Assembly: GCA_030640255.1 (NCBI GenBank)
Contig: DAOWJS010000028.1
Location: forward strand, 1-34,430
Direction of reading: 5' to 3'
Source: Dehalococcoidales bacterium
Lineage (GTDB): Bacteria > Chloroflexota > Dehalococcoidia > Dehalococcoidales > GCA-2688105
Length of the DNA: 34,430 nucleotides
Made by a program: the position numbers and the translations under genes. How positions within the stretch are numbered: the stretch's first letter is position 1; the number at the start of each line of letters is the position of its first letter. The notes below the pieces were generated by a model. It did no database searches and was not told where the DNA came from. It saw only the letters and a program-made list of their open reading frames with translations. This document shows, piece after piece, positions 11,025 to 19,743 of this stretch.

Positions 11025-12203
11025 CTACTTGAGGTATTGACTCAACCAGGCAAATATTTCGTCTAACCCCCCGTTGTGTCCTGACAAACCATGGTCGTCA
11101 CCGGGATAGGTAATCAGCTTATAGACCTTACCGTATTTGTCAAGCTCCTTTGCCAGCTTTCTGGGCTGTTCTACCGAAACTCTCCAGTCGGCCTCCCCAT
11201 GCTGAATGAGGAGGGGGACATTGATTTTGTCTGCCCAATAAGTGGCAGAACGCGCCTCATATTTATCTGGTACTTGGCTAGGGCTACCGCCGATTAGTGG
11301 AGTGTATACTCCACTCACCATATCTGGTCGTTCTTCGGCGCCCATAAATAGGTCGGCAAGACCGCCAACAGTGCAAGCTGCCTTTATATCATTTGTTCCC
11401 CTGAGAGTCTGCTCCTTAAGGGTAATGTAGGTCATCATGCCACCACGGGAAAAGCCAACCATGCCAATCCTATCGGTGTCTACATTGGGCATACTTTTTA
11501 GGAGCGGGATAAGGTTAAGAACATCGTTGACATCGACTCCACCAAATTCTTCGCGACCTTCACCGCCTCCGTTGCCTCTATATTGAGAACCAATAGCTAC
11601 ATAGCCATTTTGTGCATAAGGGATGAGAGAGGACGACTGTAGCAGGCCAAATTCACGATTGCCGCCTCGATTCCAAATAATAGCTGGATATGTTCCAGGT
11701 GCTTTTGGCTGAGCCAGGTACCCCTTTACTTTTAGGCCATCGCTCATATAGGTTATATCATGGATTTCAATTTCATCATCACTATAGACCAGCTCCTGTT
11801 CCACGATGGTACCGGAGGGCAACGTTACTGTGAGGATCGCACTTAATTCTGCAATCTCGACTTTGTAAATACCGGCAACATCCTTAATAAAAGTAAAGGT
11901 CACCGTTTTTGACACTCCTGGTGCTAGTGTAACCTCTTTAGTCTCTACGGTGGTTCCATCTACAGTTAGTATCACTGCATGGGTGCCTTCACTACCACCA
12001 GTATTTTCCACTACCGCGGTGATGCTAGCTATTTCACCAGCAATGACTTCCGGCGGCTTAATATCCAGAGATATTACCTCAAACTCCGCTACCGGTGCTG
12101 GACTTGGAGTTGGTGTCGGTGCTGGTGCTGCACAGGCACCGACTCCAATAAGGGTGAGCAAAACTAGGGCCGGGGCTACATACCTAAGAAAAAAGTTTTT
12201 CAT
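11025..12203 (-). CDS. secreted or lipoprotein alpha/beta hydrolase (S9 peptidase / dienelactone hydrolase-like) with an N-terminal CARDB-like beta-sandwich
   Basis: Signal peptide with LIGVGAC and a Pro/Thr linker. The beta-sandwich segment reads ASITAVVENTGGSEGTHAVILTVDG. The hydrolase motifs are GFSRGG (nucleophile elbow), HGEADWRV and GDDHGL. Confidence 0.85.
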   Translation of the reverse strand: MKNFFLRYVAPALVLLTLIGVGACAAPAPTPTPSPAPVAEFEVISLDIKPPEVIAGEIASITAVVENTGGSEGTHAVILTVDGTTVETKEVTLAPGVSKTVTFTFIKDVAGIYKVEIAELSAILTVTLPSGTIVEQELVYSDDEIEIHDITYMSDGLKVKGYLAQPKAPGTYPAIIWNRGGNREFGLLQSSSLIPYAQNGYVAIGSQYRGNGGGEGREEFGGVDVNDVLNLIPLLKSMPNVDTDRIGMVGFSRGGMMTYITLKEQTLRGTNDIKAACTVGGLADLFMGAEERPDMVSGVYTPLIGGSPSQVPDKYEARSATYWADKINVPLLIQHGEADWRVSVEQPRKLAKELDKYGKVYKLITYPGDDHGLSGHNGGLDEIFAWLSQYLK

Positions 12204-12315
12204 CTTTTGCTACCTCCGTTGCTACTCTGATAATAATCTATAGTAGACACGAGGATAGTCTCTGTCAAGGGATACGGCTTGGTTACTGCTCTCCGAGTCG
12301 AGAAATTCGGTCTCT

Positions 12316-12343
12316 TTGAACTCTCTGCGCTAGCTGTTATAAT
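12316..12343 (+). promoter_or_regulatory. candidate promoter of pcrA/uvrD (near-leaderless)
   Basis: TTGAAC (12316-12321), a 16-nt spacer, then TATAAT (12338-12343). Only 9 nt with no SD lie before ATG 12353. Confidence 0.5.
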
Positions 12344-12352
12344 GAGTTATCA

Positions 12353-14527
12353 ATGGATATTCTGGCTGAGCTTAATCCGGCGCAGAGGGAAGCCGTAGAG
12401 GCAATCGGTGGTCCGGTGCTAATTCTAGCCGGCCCGGGCAGTGGTAAAACCAGGGTTATTGCCCATCGGGTGGCTTACCTGGTCAAGGTTTGCCGGGTTA
12501 GCCCTCGCCGAATTATGGCGGTTACCTTCACCAATAAAGCCGCCCGGGAAATGGAGACAAGGCTTCACCGGCTGGTCAGCGGCTCGGTAAGAGATTTAAC
12601 CCTGGGCACCTTTCACGCCATTTGCGCCCGTATCCTGCGCCGGGAGGGCAAGGCGATAGGTATTGACCCCCGGTTTGTCATCTATGACGAAGAGGACCAG
12701 CTCAGCCTGCTCAAGCGCAGTATTCAGGAAGCAGGGCTTGACCCCAAGCAGTATGCCCCTCGGGCGATACGGTCAGCTATTACCTCAGCTAAGAGTCGCT
12801 TGTTAACCCCTCAAGACTATCTTGAGAGTAGCCGTAGCTATTTTGAGGAGGTAGCGGGGAGGGTCTATGAACGCTACCAGCAGCTGCTAACGGCAAGCAG
12901 TGCCCTTGATTTTGACGACCTGTTAATGAAAGCGGTGCAGCTATTTAAGCAAAGCCCCGAGATTTTGTCTCGGTATCAAGAAAGATACCTCCATCTCCTG
13001 GTAGACGAGTTTCAGGACACCAACCTGACCCAATATGAGCTAGTAAAGCAACTGGCGGGCAAGTATCGCAATATCTGTGTGGTTGGCGACCCCGACCAGT
13101 CAATCTACTCGTGGCGGTTTGCCGATTTGCGTAATATCCTTAACTTTGAGAAGGATTACCCTGAGGCTAAATTGGTGTTGCTGGAGCAGAACTATCGCTC
13201 GACCAAGCTGATTCTGGAAACGGCATCCTACATCATCTCCGCCAATCAGCAGCGCAAACCCAAGGAACTGTGGACAGATAATGAGCCGGGTGAGCTAACT
13301 ACGGTGGTGGAGACCTATACCGAGCAGGAAGAAGCCCAGTTTGTGGTTAGTGAGGTAGAGCGCCTGGTAGGTCGGGGGGAGGTTAATCGTGGCGACTGTG
13401 CGGTAATGTATCGCACCAATGCCCAGTCCCGAGCTCTGGAGGAGGCTTTTGTTCGCTATGGGGTGCCCTATAAGCTGGTGGCGGGCACCCGCTTCTATGA
13501 GAGGCGAGAGATTAAGGATATTATTGCCTATCTCCGGCTTATCCAGAACTCTTATGATTCGGTTAGCCTGCTGAGGATAATCAATGTCCCCCAGCGTGGC
13601 ATCGGGCAGCGTAGTCTGAGCCAGCTATCTAACCGGGCAAGGTCGGCGGGTGTCCCCGAGTATAGGGCGTTACAGCTTATCGCTGAGCCAACCGATAAAC
13701 CGTCGCCTCCCTTTAGCTCTCGTATCAGTCGGGCAATGGCTGGCTTTGTAAACTTGATGGAGGGGCTTATTGCCCGCAGTCGGGAGCTAAACCTGGTTGA
13801 TTTACTGGACTTGGTTATTGAAAGCTCTGGCTATAAGGAATATATACTGGGTGGACTGGATGGAGAGGAGCGCTGGGAGAATATCCTTGAGCTGCGCACT
13901 GTAGCCGGGCAGTATCGTGATTTGACGCCGCGGGATGGTTTAGCCGCCTTTCTGGAAGGGGTAACCCTGGTATCCGATGTTGATGGGCTTGATGAAAGTG
14001 TGGATGCGGTAACCCTGATTACCCTGCATCAGGCTAAGGGTCTGGAGTTCCCGGTAGTGTTCATTGTTGGTATGGAAGACGGTATCCTGCCCCATTTTAA
14101 GTCGTTTGACGACCCAGGGCAGATGGAGGAGGAGCGGCGGTTGTGCTATGTCGGGGTAACCCGAGCCAAGCAGAGGGTGTATCTAATCCGTGCCTTCCGC
14201 CGCAGCCTGATGGGAAGCAGCACCGTAAATAGACCCTCCCGCTTCTTAAGCGATATTCCGTCGCATTTGATAACCGGGGGTGCTTTGTGGGAGGGGGAAG
14301 ATAGCCTGGCGGCTACGGCGATGTACTCCTGGAATAGGGCTTCTGCCCCCAGCTTGGCAGTTACGGAGTTAAAGGCGGGCGACCACATCCGCCATGCTGA
14401 GTTCGGCGACGGGGTGGTGGTGAGCTGCCAGCCGGTAAAGGATGATGAGGAGGTAGTGATTGCTTTCGCCGGCGTCGGAGTAAAAAGGCTCCTTCTCAGC
14501 TATGCCAATCTGGAGAAGGTGGAGTAA
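12353..14527 (+). CDS. pcrA: ATP-dependent DNA helicase PcrA/UvrD
   Basis: 724-aa ORF with SF1 helicase motifs: AGPGSGKT, TFTNKAAREM, LLVDEFQDTN, VGDPDQSIYSWR, YRS, TLHQAKGLEF and YVGVTRA. Confidence 0.95.
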   Translation: MDILAELNPAQREAVEAIGGPVLILAGPGSGKTRVIAHRVAYLVKVCRVSPRRIMAVTFTNKAAREMETRLHRLVSGSVRDLTLGTFHAICARILRREGKAIGIDPRFVIYDEEDQLSLLKRSIQEAGLDPKQYAPRAIRSAITSAKSRLLTPQDYLESSRSYFEEVAGRVYERYQQLLTASSALDFDDLLMKAVQLFKQSPEILSRYQERYLHLLVDEFQDTNLTQYELVKQLAGKYRNICVVGDPDQSIYSWRFADLRNILNFEKDYPEAKLVLLEQNYRSTKLILETASYIISANQQRKPKELWTDNEPGELTTVVETYTEQEEAQFVVSEVERLVGRGEVNRGDCAVMYRTNAQSRALEEAFVRYGVPYKLVAGTRFYERREIKDIIAYLRLIQNSYDSVSLLRIINVPQRGIGQRSLSQLSNRARSAGVPEYRALQLIAEPTDKPSPPFSSRISRAMAGFVNLMEGLIARSRELNLVDLLDLVIESSGYKEYILGGLDGEERWENILELRTVAGQYRDLTPRDGLAAFLEGVTLVSDVDGLDESVDAVTLITLHQAKGLEFPVVFIVGMEDGILPHFKSFDDPGQMEEERRLCYVGVTRAKQRVYLIRAFRRSLMGSSTVNRPSRFLSDIPSHLITGGALWEGEDSLAATAMYSWNRASAPSLAVTELKAGDHIRHAEFGDGVVVSCQPVKDDEEVVIAFAGVGVKRLLLSYANLEKVE

Positions 14528-14538
14528 TCAAGGGTAGA

Positions 14539-14623
14539 TTGAAGGGGCGAAGCCCCTTCAAAACCCATCCTTCCCCCTCTCCTTTGAAGGAGAGGGGGAT
14601 AAAGGGGGTGAGGTAGATAAAAC
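14539..14623 (+). repeat. hairpin-repeat unit C (P2 - P1 - cap)
   Basis: TTGAAGGGGC-GAA-GCCCCTTCAA at 14539-14561. CCCCCTCTCCTT-TG-AAGGAGAGGGGG at 14573-14598. ATAAAGGGGGTGAGGTAGATAAAAC at 14599-14623. It is collinear with 19641-19727 and with the reverse complement of 4427-4514. Confidence 0.85.
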
Positions 14624-14638
14624 ATTCCTCAATAACTA

Positions 14639-14667
14639 TTGACATTTTACACGGAAGCGTGTATAAT
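14639..14667 (+). promoter_or_regulatory. consensus sigma70-type promoter of mutL (near-leaderless)
   Basis: Perfect TTGACA (14639-14644), a 17-nt spacer, then TATAAT (14662-14667). ATG 14676 follows after 8 nt with no SD. Confidence 0.65.
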
Positions 14668-14675
14668 TAACTATT

Positions 14676-16388
14676 ATGCCTATCAGAGTTTTAGACCCCA
14701 AGGTAGTATCCCGGATTGCCGCCGGGGAGGTGGTGGAGCGGCCGGCCTCGGTGGTGAAGGAGCTGGTGGAGAACTCGCTGGATGCCGGCTCATCCCAGAT
14801 TTCCATTGAGGTCAGGGGTGGTGGGGTAAGCTTAATTAGGGTGATGGATAACGGGGTGGGCATTCCCCCGGGGGAGGTAGAGCTTGCCTTTGCCCGTTAT
14901 GCTACCAGCAAGGTAGGCAGCTTAGAGGATTTGGAGTCTATTTCCAGCCTCGGCTTTCGGGGGGAGGCGTTACCCAGTATCGCCACCGTGGCTGAGGTAG
15001 ACATGGTTACCTGTGCTGCCGGCGAGACGGCAGGCACTTACCTTAGCCTTAAGGACGGCGTTGCCGTTGGTCGGGGAAGCCGGGGACGCTCCCCGGGGAC
15101 GACGATTACGGTGCGGGGTCTATTCCGCAAGCTGCCGGCAAGGTTAAAGTTCCTTAAGTCGCCAGCTACGGAAAATAGCCATATTGCCCAGGTGATAAGT
15201 CAGTATGCCCTTGCCTTCCCCGAGGTCAAATTTACCTTGTTTATTGAGGGCAGGATGGCGCTAACCACGGCAGGTAGTGGTCGGCTAATAGATAGTGTGA
15301 CTCAAGTTCATGGCTTAGAGGTAGCCCAGAATATGCTGGAGATTAAGAATAGGGGGTGGCAGGGCGGGGCAGCAATGGCATCACCCCTGGTAACCGGTAT
15401 GGTAGGCTCGCCGGCAATAAGCCGTTCCCATCGGGGTTACCTCAGCCTCTTTGTCAATCGCCGCTGGATAAACAGCCGACTGGTGGCTCGGGCAGTGGAG
15501 GAGGCTTATCACGGGCTTTTGATGCTGGGGAAACATCCGGTGGCTATCATCAATATTTCACTACCTCCTGAGGAGGTGGATATTAATATTCACCCCACCA
15601 AAATAGAGGTGAAGTTCAGTAACGAGCACATAGTTTTTACCGCTGTCCAGAGGGCAGTCCGACAGGTTTTAATTGAACTGGTGCCGGTGCCTAAGATTGA
15701 GGAGGTAGCTACCACCTATACCTCACCATCACCGCCACGACAAGTATCGTGGCTCTCAGCCGTAGGTGGTGATAGCCTTACTGGTGCGGCGCCGGTAGCT
15801 TCTCAGACACCTACCGTTTCACTGCCGGCACTACGAATACTGGGTCAGCTCTTGAGTAGCTATATTATAGCCGAGGGTCCCGATGGGTTGTATCTTATCG
15901 ACCAGCATGCCGCCCATGAGCGCGTCCTTTTTGAAAAGATAAAATTGCAGCGGTCACGGCAAGAGGTAGAAGTTCAAGGGCTACTTGAACCGGTAACCTT
16001 TGAGGTTAATCCCCAGCAGGAGGAAGTTCTAAAATCACACTATGAAAATCTAGCCGAATTCGGTTTCACCATTGAGCCTTTTGGTGATAGAACCTATCTC
16101 GTCAGGGCGGTGCCAGTTCTGCTTTATGACCAAGATTGGGTGGGAATGCTGAGGGAGTTACTGGATTCCTTATCTGGGGAGGATAAGGATGACTGGGGGG
16201 AAAAGGTAGCTATCTCCATCGCCTGCCACAGTGCGGTAAGGGCTGGGCAGACATTAACTAATGACGAAATGCGCCAACTTATACGGCAACTGGAGCAGGT
16301 AGCCCTTCCCCATACCTGTCCCCATGGCCGACCAACCATGGTTCGTCTCAGCTCGGGACAGCTGAAAAAGGAGTTTGGTAGAAGCTAA
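14676..16388 (+). CDS. mutL: DNA mismatch repair protein MutL
   Basis: 570-aa ORF. The GHKL ATPase N-terminus reads IAAGEVVERPASVVKELVENSLDAG and DNGVGI. The C-terminal dimerisation/endonuclease region includes DQHAAHERVLFE. Confidence 0.95.
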   Translation: MPIRVLDPKVVSRIAAGEVVERPASVVKELVENSLDAGSSQISIEVRGGGVSLIRVMDNGVGIPPGEVELAFARYATSKVGSLEDLESISSLGFRGEALPSIATVAEVDMVTCAAGETAGTYLSLKDGVAVGRGSRGRSPGTTITVRGLFRKLPARLKFLKSPATENSHIAQVISQYALAFPEVKFTLFIEGRMALTTAGSGRLIDSVTQVHGLEVAQNMLEIKNRGWQGGAAMASPLVTGMVGSPAISRSHRGYLSLFVNRRWINSRLVARAVEEAYHGLLMLGKHPVAIINISLPPEEVDINIHPTKIEVKFSNEHIVFTAVQRAVRQVLIELVPVPKIEEVATTYTSPSPPRQVSWLSAVGGDSLTGAAPVASQTPTVSLPALRILGQLLSSYIIAEGPDGLYLIDQHAAHERVLFEKIKLQRSRQEVEVQGLLEPVTFEVNPQQEEVLKSHYENLAEFGFTIEPFGDRTYLVRAVPVLLYDQDWVGMLRELLDSLSGEDKDDWGEKVAISIACHSAVRAGQTLTNDEMRQLIRQLEQVALPHTCPHGRPTMVRLSSGQLKKEFGRS

Positions 16389-16389
16389 T

Positions 16390-16932
16390 TTATTCAGTAG
16401 GGCTAACTAGTTGCTCGTGTAAGGGGTAGTTAGCCCCCAGCCCCCATTGGCTTGGCGGCCAGATTGATAACCAGACTTTACCAATTATGTTTTGGCGGGG
16501 TACTGTCCAGCCGTTGTGGGAATCATTACTATTATTGCGATTATCGCCAAGGACAAAGTAGTTGTTGTCGGGAATCTCTCTCCGGGGTAGGGTATAAGCG
16601 GGAGGGTCTTTAATATAGGGTTCGTCCAGTGGTGAGTCATTAACATATACTACCCCCGTTTTCACCTCTACCGTGTCGCCGGGCAAGGCAATGATACGCT
16701 TGATATAGTCGGCTTGATGGCTGCCGACGGGGCGGAATACAATCACGTCACCCCTTTCCGGTCCGTGGAAGTGATAAACGGTTTTGATTATTAATAGTCG
16801 TTGTTCCTCCTCAAAGTTAGGCTCCATACTAGAGCCGACTACGATAAAAGTCTGGAACGTGATTTGTAACAGAATGAAGATTACGATAGTCAGGGCGATG
16901 GTACCTAAAATCTCACGGAAAAAGGTTCTCAT
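16390..16932 (-). CDS. lepB: signal peptidase I
   Basis: 180-aa ORF with an N-terminal TM helix and the motifs GSSMEPN, GDVIVF, YIKRIIALPGDTV and VLGDNRNNSNDS. Confidence 0.93.
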   Translation of the reverse strand: MRTFFREILGTIALTIVIFILLQITFQTFIVVGSSMEPNFEEEQRLLIIKTVYHFHGPERGDVIVFRPVGSHQADYIKRIIALPGDTVEVKTGVVYVNDSPLDEPYIKDPPAYTLPRREIPDNNYFVLGDNRNNSNDSHNGWTVPRQNIIGKVWLSIWPPSQWGLGANYPLHEQLVSPTE

Positions 16933-17355
16933 TTATCAAAGCTACTTTCTTTCTAGGCTTGGCATCAAATTATAACCTATCTGGCTCTATTCTTCCAGTT
17001 TGGCTTTCTGATTGGCGTAAGCATTTTATATAGAAGATTTGCAGGATTAAATGTAGTAATATGTATGTGCTAACTGAAGCGTCGTTTTTCCGTTATAATA
17101 GTAGAGTGTACTGGAGGCTTTACCTTTTCGGAAAGTTCAAAGGGGTATCCGAGGATTGATTAATGTGTTGTTTTGTGTTAAAATTATTCCCAATTTTGTT
17201 ATCGTGTTAGAAGAAGGCAAGCTTAGAAAGAGAACCAGGAAGGTAAAGTGAGACAGATGCTCTTTGTATTATTTAGAAAGGCAGGTGATGTGATGGAGTA
17301 GGTAGTTAGGCATAGGACTGATGGGAGATACTCGTAAAAAAGGCAGGAGGTAACT

Positions 17356-17697
17356 ATGCGCAGGATATTTAAGGTATTAGGAGTGATGGCTATTATTCCT
17401 TTATTATGCGTGGCAATAGTAGCCTGTGTCCCTACTATCCCTCTAACTCTGGAGGTAACTTCACCCACTGAGGGAGCAGAGCTTACCGTGACTCCGGTAA
17501 CGGTAGGGGGTAGTGTGTCTGATGTTGAGGCCGAGGTGACAATCAATGAGGTGGCAGTAACTGTGGCTGAGGATGGTATATTCTCTGGCGAGGTTGAGCT
17601 TACTGAAGGCGAAAACACTATTACAGTTGTCGCCACACTGGGTGAGGAAATAGTAACCCAGACAGTAACTGTTACCTATGCCCTGCCGGCTGAATAG
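17356..17697 (+). CDS. small lipoprotein with a bacterial Ig-like fold
   Basis: 113-aa ORF. The RBS GGAGGT lies 5 nt upstream. The signal peptide has the lipobox IVAC. The rest is a Thr/Val/Glu-rich beta-strand pattern. A strong terminator follows the gene. Confidence 0.7.
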   Translation: MRRIFKVLGVMAIIPLLCVAIVACVPTIPLTLEVTSPTEGAELTVTPVTVGGSVSDVEAEVTINEVAVTVAEDGIFSGEVELTEGENTITVVATLGEEIVTQTVTVTYALPAE

Positions 17698-17718
17698 CCA
17701 TAGCGCTGAGTAGCCATT

Positions 17719-17775
17719 AAATAGGGCAGGTATTTTGGAGGTTTAATTATCCTAATACCTGCCCTATTTTTATTA
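17719..17775 (+). terminator. rho-independent terminator
   Basis: A 16-bp perfect stem, AAATAGGGCAGGTATT (17719-17734) pairing with AATACCTGCCCTATTT (17754-17769), runs straight into the T-rich stretch TTTTTATT. Confidence 0.75.
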
Positions 17776-17852
17776 TCCCCGATGGTTAAAGAATAATTTA
17801 CCAATGCTATAGTAGCCTGTAATTTATCTCTTGGTGGTTTTATCTACTTATG

Positions 17853-17882
17853 TTGCACTTTTTTGGAAGGAGATGCTAGAAT
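17853..17882 (+). promoter_or_regulatory. candidate promoter of the rib operon (near-leaderless)
   Basis: TTGCAC (17853-17858), an 18-nt spacer, then TAGAAT (17877-17882). Nine nt lie before ATG 17892 with no SD. No FMN riboswitch core is present. Confidence 0.4.
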
Positions 17883-17891
17883 GGCAACGGT

Positions 17892-18983
17892 ATGGACTAT
17901 ATGGAGCCGGCGCTTTCCTTAGCTAAATTAGCCCTAGGGCAGGTTAGCCCTAATCCGGCGGTAGGGGCGGTAGTGGTTAAGAATGAGGTAGTGGTGGGGC
18001 AGGGCTATACCCAACCGCCAGGCTCACCGCATGCTGAGGTATTAGCCTTGAAGCAGGCCGGGGAAAAAGCCCGCGGGGGCGTGATGTATGTTACTTTGGA
18101 GCCGTGCTGTCACTATGGTCGCACTCCGCCCTGTAGTCAAGCCATCATTGTTGCTGGCATCGCTGAGGTTCATTTGGCTATGCTTGACCCGAATCCCCTG
18201 GTTTCCGGGCGAGGGAAAGATGAGATGGAGAGGGAAGGCGTTAAGATATATGTGGGCGAGCATGAGGCGGAAGCCAGAGAGATTAACGAGGCCTATGCTA
18301 AGTTCATTACTACCGGTATGCCCCTGGTTACGGCAAAGTTTGCCGTATCTCTGGACGGGAAGATTGCCACTAAGAGCGGTGATTCTAAGTGGATTAGTGG
18401 TGAGGAGGCAAGGAAGTATGTTCATAACCTGCGTTATACCTCGGATGCGGTTATGGCGGGAGTGAATACGGTGCTTATTGATGACCCTCGTCTTACCTCT
18501 AGGTGTAGTGGTAAAGGGGGAACCGCCAGAAAGCAACCGCTCAGGGTAATTGTGGATGGTAAAGGTCGCACGCCATTGACGGCTAGGGTGTTTAGTGAGC
18601 CAGGTAAGACGCTGGTGGCACTGGGCAGGCTGGCAACCCCGGAGGAGAGAGCAGCTTTTGCTCAGGTTGGTGCTGAGCTATTAGAATTGCCCTCAGCCGG
18701 CAGGCTGGTTGATTTGGAAAGGTTGCTAAAGGCATTAGGTGAGCGGGGAATTACCAGTGTGTTGGTGGAGGGGGGTGGGATTCTTCTCGGTTCCCTGTTT
18801 GACCTTGGGTTGGTAGATAAGGCTATCGCTTTTATTGCCCCTATCATCATCGGCGGCAGGGAAGCCAAAACAGCGGTTGGTGGTAACGGGGTTAATAAAG
18901 TGGTAGACTCATTTAGATTAAAGCGGGTTAGACTTGAGAAGTTTGGTGAAGACTTGATGGTCAGCGGGTATGTTAAGGGGTGA
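17892..18983 (+). CDS. ribD: bifunctional diaminohydroxyphosphoribosylaminopyrimidine deaminase / 5-amino-6-(5-phosphoribosylamino)uracil reductase
   Basis: 363-aa ORF. The deaminase zinc motifs are HAEVLAL and LEPCCHYGRTPPC. The C-terminal RibD reductase domain is present. Confidence 0.95.
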   Translation: MDYMEPALSLAKLALGQVSPNPAVGAVVVKNEVVVGQGYTQPPGSPHAEVLALKQAGEKARGGVMYVTLEPCCHYGRTPPCSQAIIVAGIAEVHLAMLDPNPLVSGRGKDEMEREGVKIYVGEHEAEAREINEAYAKFITTGMPLVTAKFAVSLDGKIATKSGDSKWISGEEARKYVHNLRYTSDAVMAGVNTVLIDDPRLTSRCSGKGGTARKQPLRVIVDGKGRTPLTARVFSEPGKTLVALGRLATPEERAAFAQVGAELLELPSAGRLVDLERLLKALGERGITSVLVEGGGILLGSLFDLGLVDKAIAFIAPIIIGGREAKTAVGGNGVNKVVDSFRLKRVRLEKFGEDLMVSGYVKG

Positions 18984-19615
18984 GAATGTTTACCGGTATT
19001 GTAGAAGAGGTGGGTAGAGTTACTTCGGCACCACCCGGCAAGCTGGTTATTACTGCTAACCGGGTTCTCAAGGGGATGGAGTTGGGGGGAAGTATAGCCG
19101 TTAACGGGGTGTGCCTGACCGTAACCAATTTTAATACTAATTCGTTTTCTGTTGACATAATGCCGGAAACATTAGAGCGGACTAACCTTGGTCTATTAAG
19201 GATAGGGGACGGGGTTAATCTGGAGCGACCCCTATCTCTGGGGGGGGAGTTAGGTGGACATTTAGTTCAGGGTCATATAGATGATACCGGAAGGGTAACC
19301 TCTATTATACCCGATGGTGAGGCAGCGCTCATCAGGTTTGAAGCTCCTCCTGAAGTGATGCGTTATATAGTGGAGAAGGGTTTTATTGCTGTTGATGGGG
19401 TTAGCCTGACCGTGGTGGTTAAAGATACCAGTACATTTCAGGTTTCAGTTGTTGACTATACTCGGGAACATACTACTTTGGGTAATCGGCAGGTAGGCGA
19501 CCTGGTTAATCTGGAGGTAGATATCATTGCCAAATATGTGGAACAACTTAGCTCGGCTTATCACACGGGGATAACGGTTGATTTTTTGCAGGAGCACGGC
19601 TTTTTAGTAAGTTAA
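18980..19615 (+). CDS. ribE: riboflavin synthase alpha chain
   Basis: MFTGIVEE... with the duplicated lumazine-binding repeats (GGSIAVNGVCLTV and FIAVDGVSLTV). The true start is probably ATG 18986, 2 nt after the ribD stop. Confidence 0.95.
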   Translation: MRMFTGIVEEVGRVTSAPPGKLVITANRVLKGMELGGSIAVNGVCLTVTNFNTNSFSVDIMPETLERTNLGLLRIGDGVNLERPLSLGGELGGHLVQGHIDDTGRVTSIIPDGEAALIRFEAPPEVMRYIVEKGFIAVDGVSLTVVVKDTSTFQVSVVDYTREHTTLGNRQVGDLVNLEVDIIAKYVEQLSSAYHTGITVDFLQEHGFLVS

Positions 19616-19640
19616 TTAGTGAGGTCATTTATCAGGGAAG

Positions 19641-19727
19641 TTTGAAGGGGTGAAACCCCTTCAAAACCTATACGTCCCTTCTCCCTTGAAGAAGAGGGGA
19701 AGTAAGGAGGTGAGGTTGATAAATAAA
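19641..19727 (+). repeat. hairpin-repeat unit D (P2 - degenerate P1 - cap)
   Basis: TTTGAAGGGGT-GAA-ACCCCTTCAAA at 19641-19665. A degenerate P1 at 19676-19702. TAAGGAGGTGAGGTTGATAAATAAA at 19703-19727. The architecture matches unit C. Confidence 0.8.
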
Positions 19728-19743
19728 CCCTTAATTTATAGAA

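Noticed and set aside
14539-14598. P2 and P1 hairpins as intrinsic terminators of pcrA (and likewise after ribE at 19641-19702).
   Set aside because: The stems are strong but neither is followed by a U tract. The same modules also occur upstream of genes and inside operons. I therefore annotated them as repeats; a terminator role is possible but unsupported.
16386-16392. mutL and lepB converge with only 1 nt between their stop codons and no terminator.
   Set aside because: This is real but ordinary compaction. It implies overlapping 3' UTRs, and nothing more can be said from the sequence.
17223-17636. 137-aa minus-strand ORF.
   Set aside because: It is antisense to the 113-aa lipoprotein gene, which has an RBS, a lipobox and a terminator. 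Its Ser/Thr/Val-rich sequence is the mirror of the Thr/Val/Glu-rich sense protein.
17776-17891. Expected FMN (RFN) riboswitch upstream of ribD.
   Set aside because: None of the conserved RFN core segments is present, and the spacer left after the upstream terminator is too short (~115 nt) and AT-rich. Only a promoter-like hexamer pair was found.
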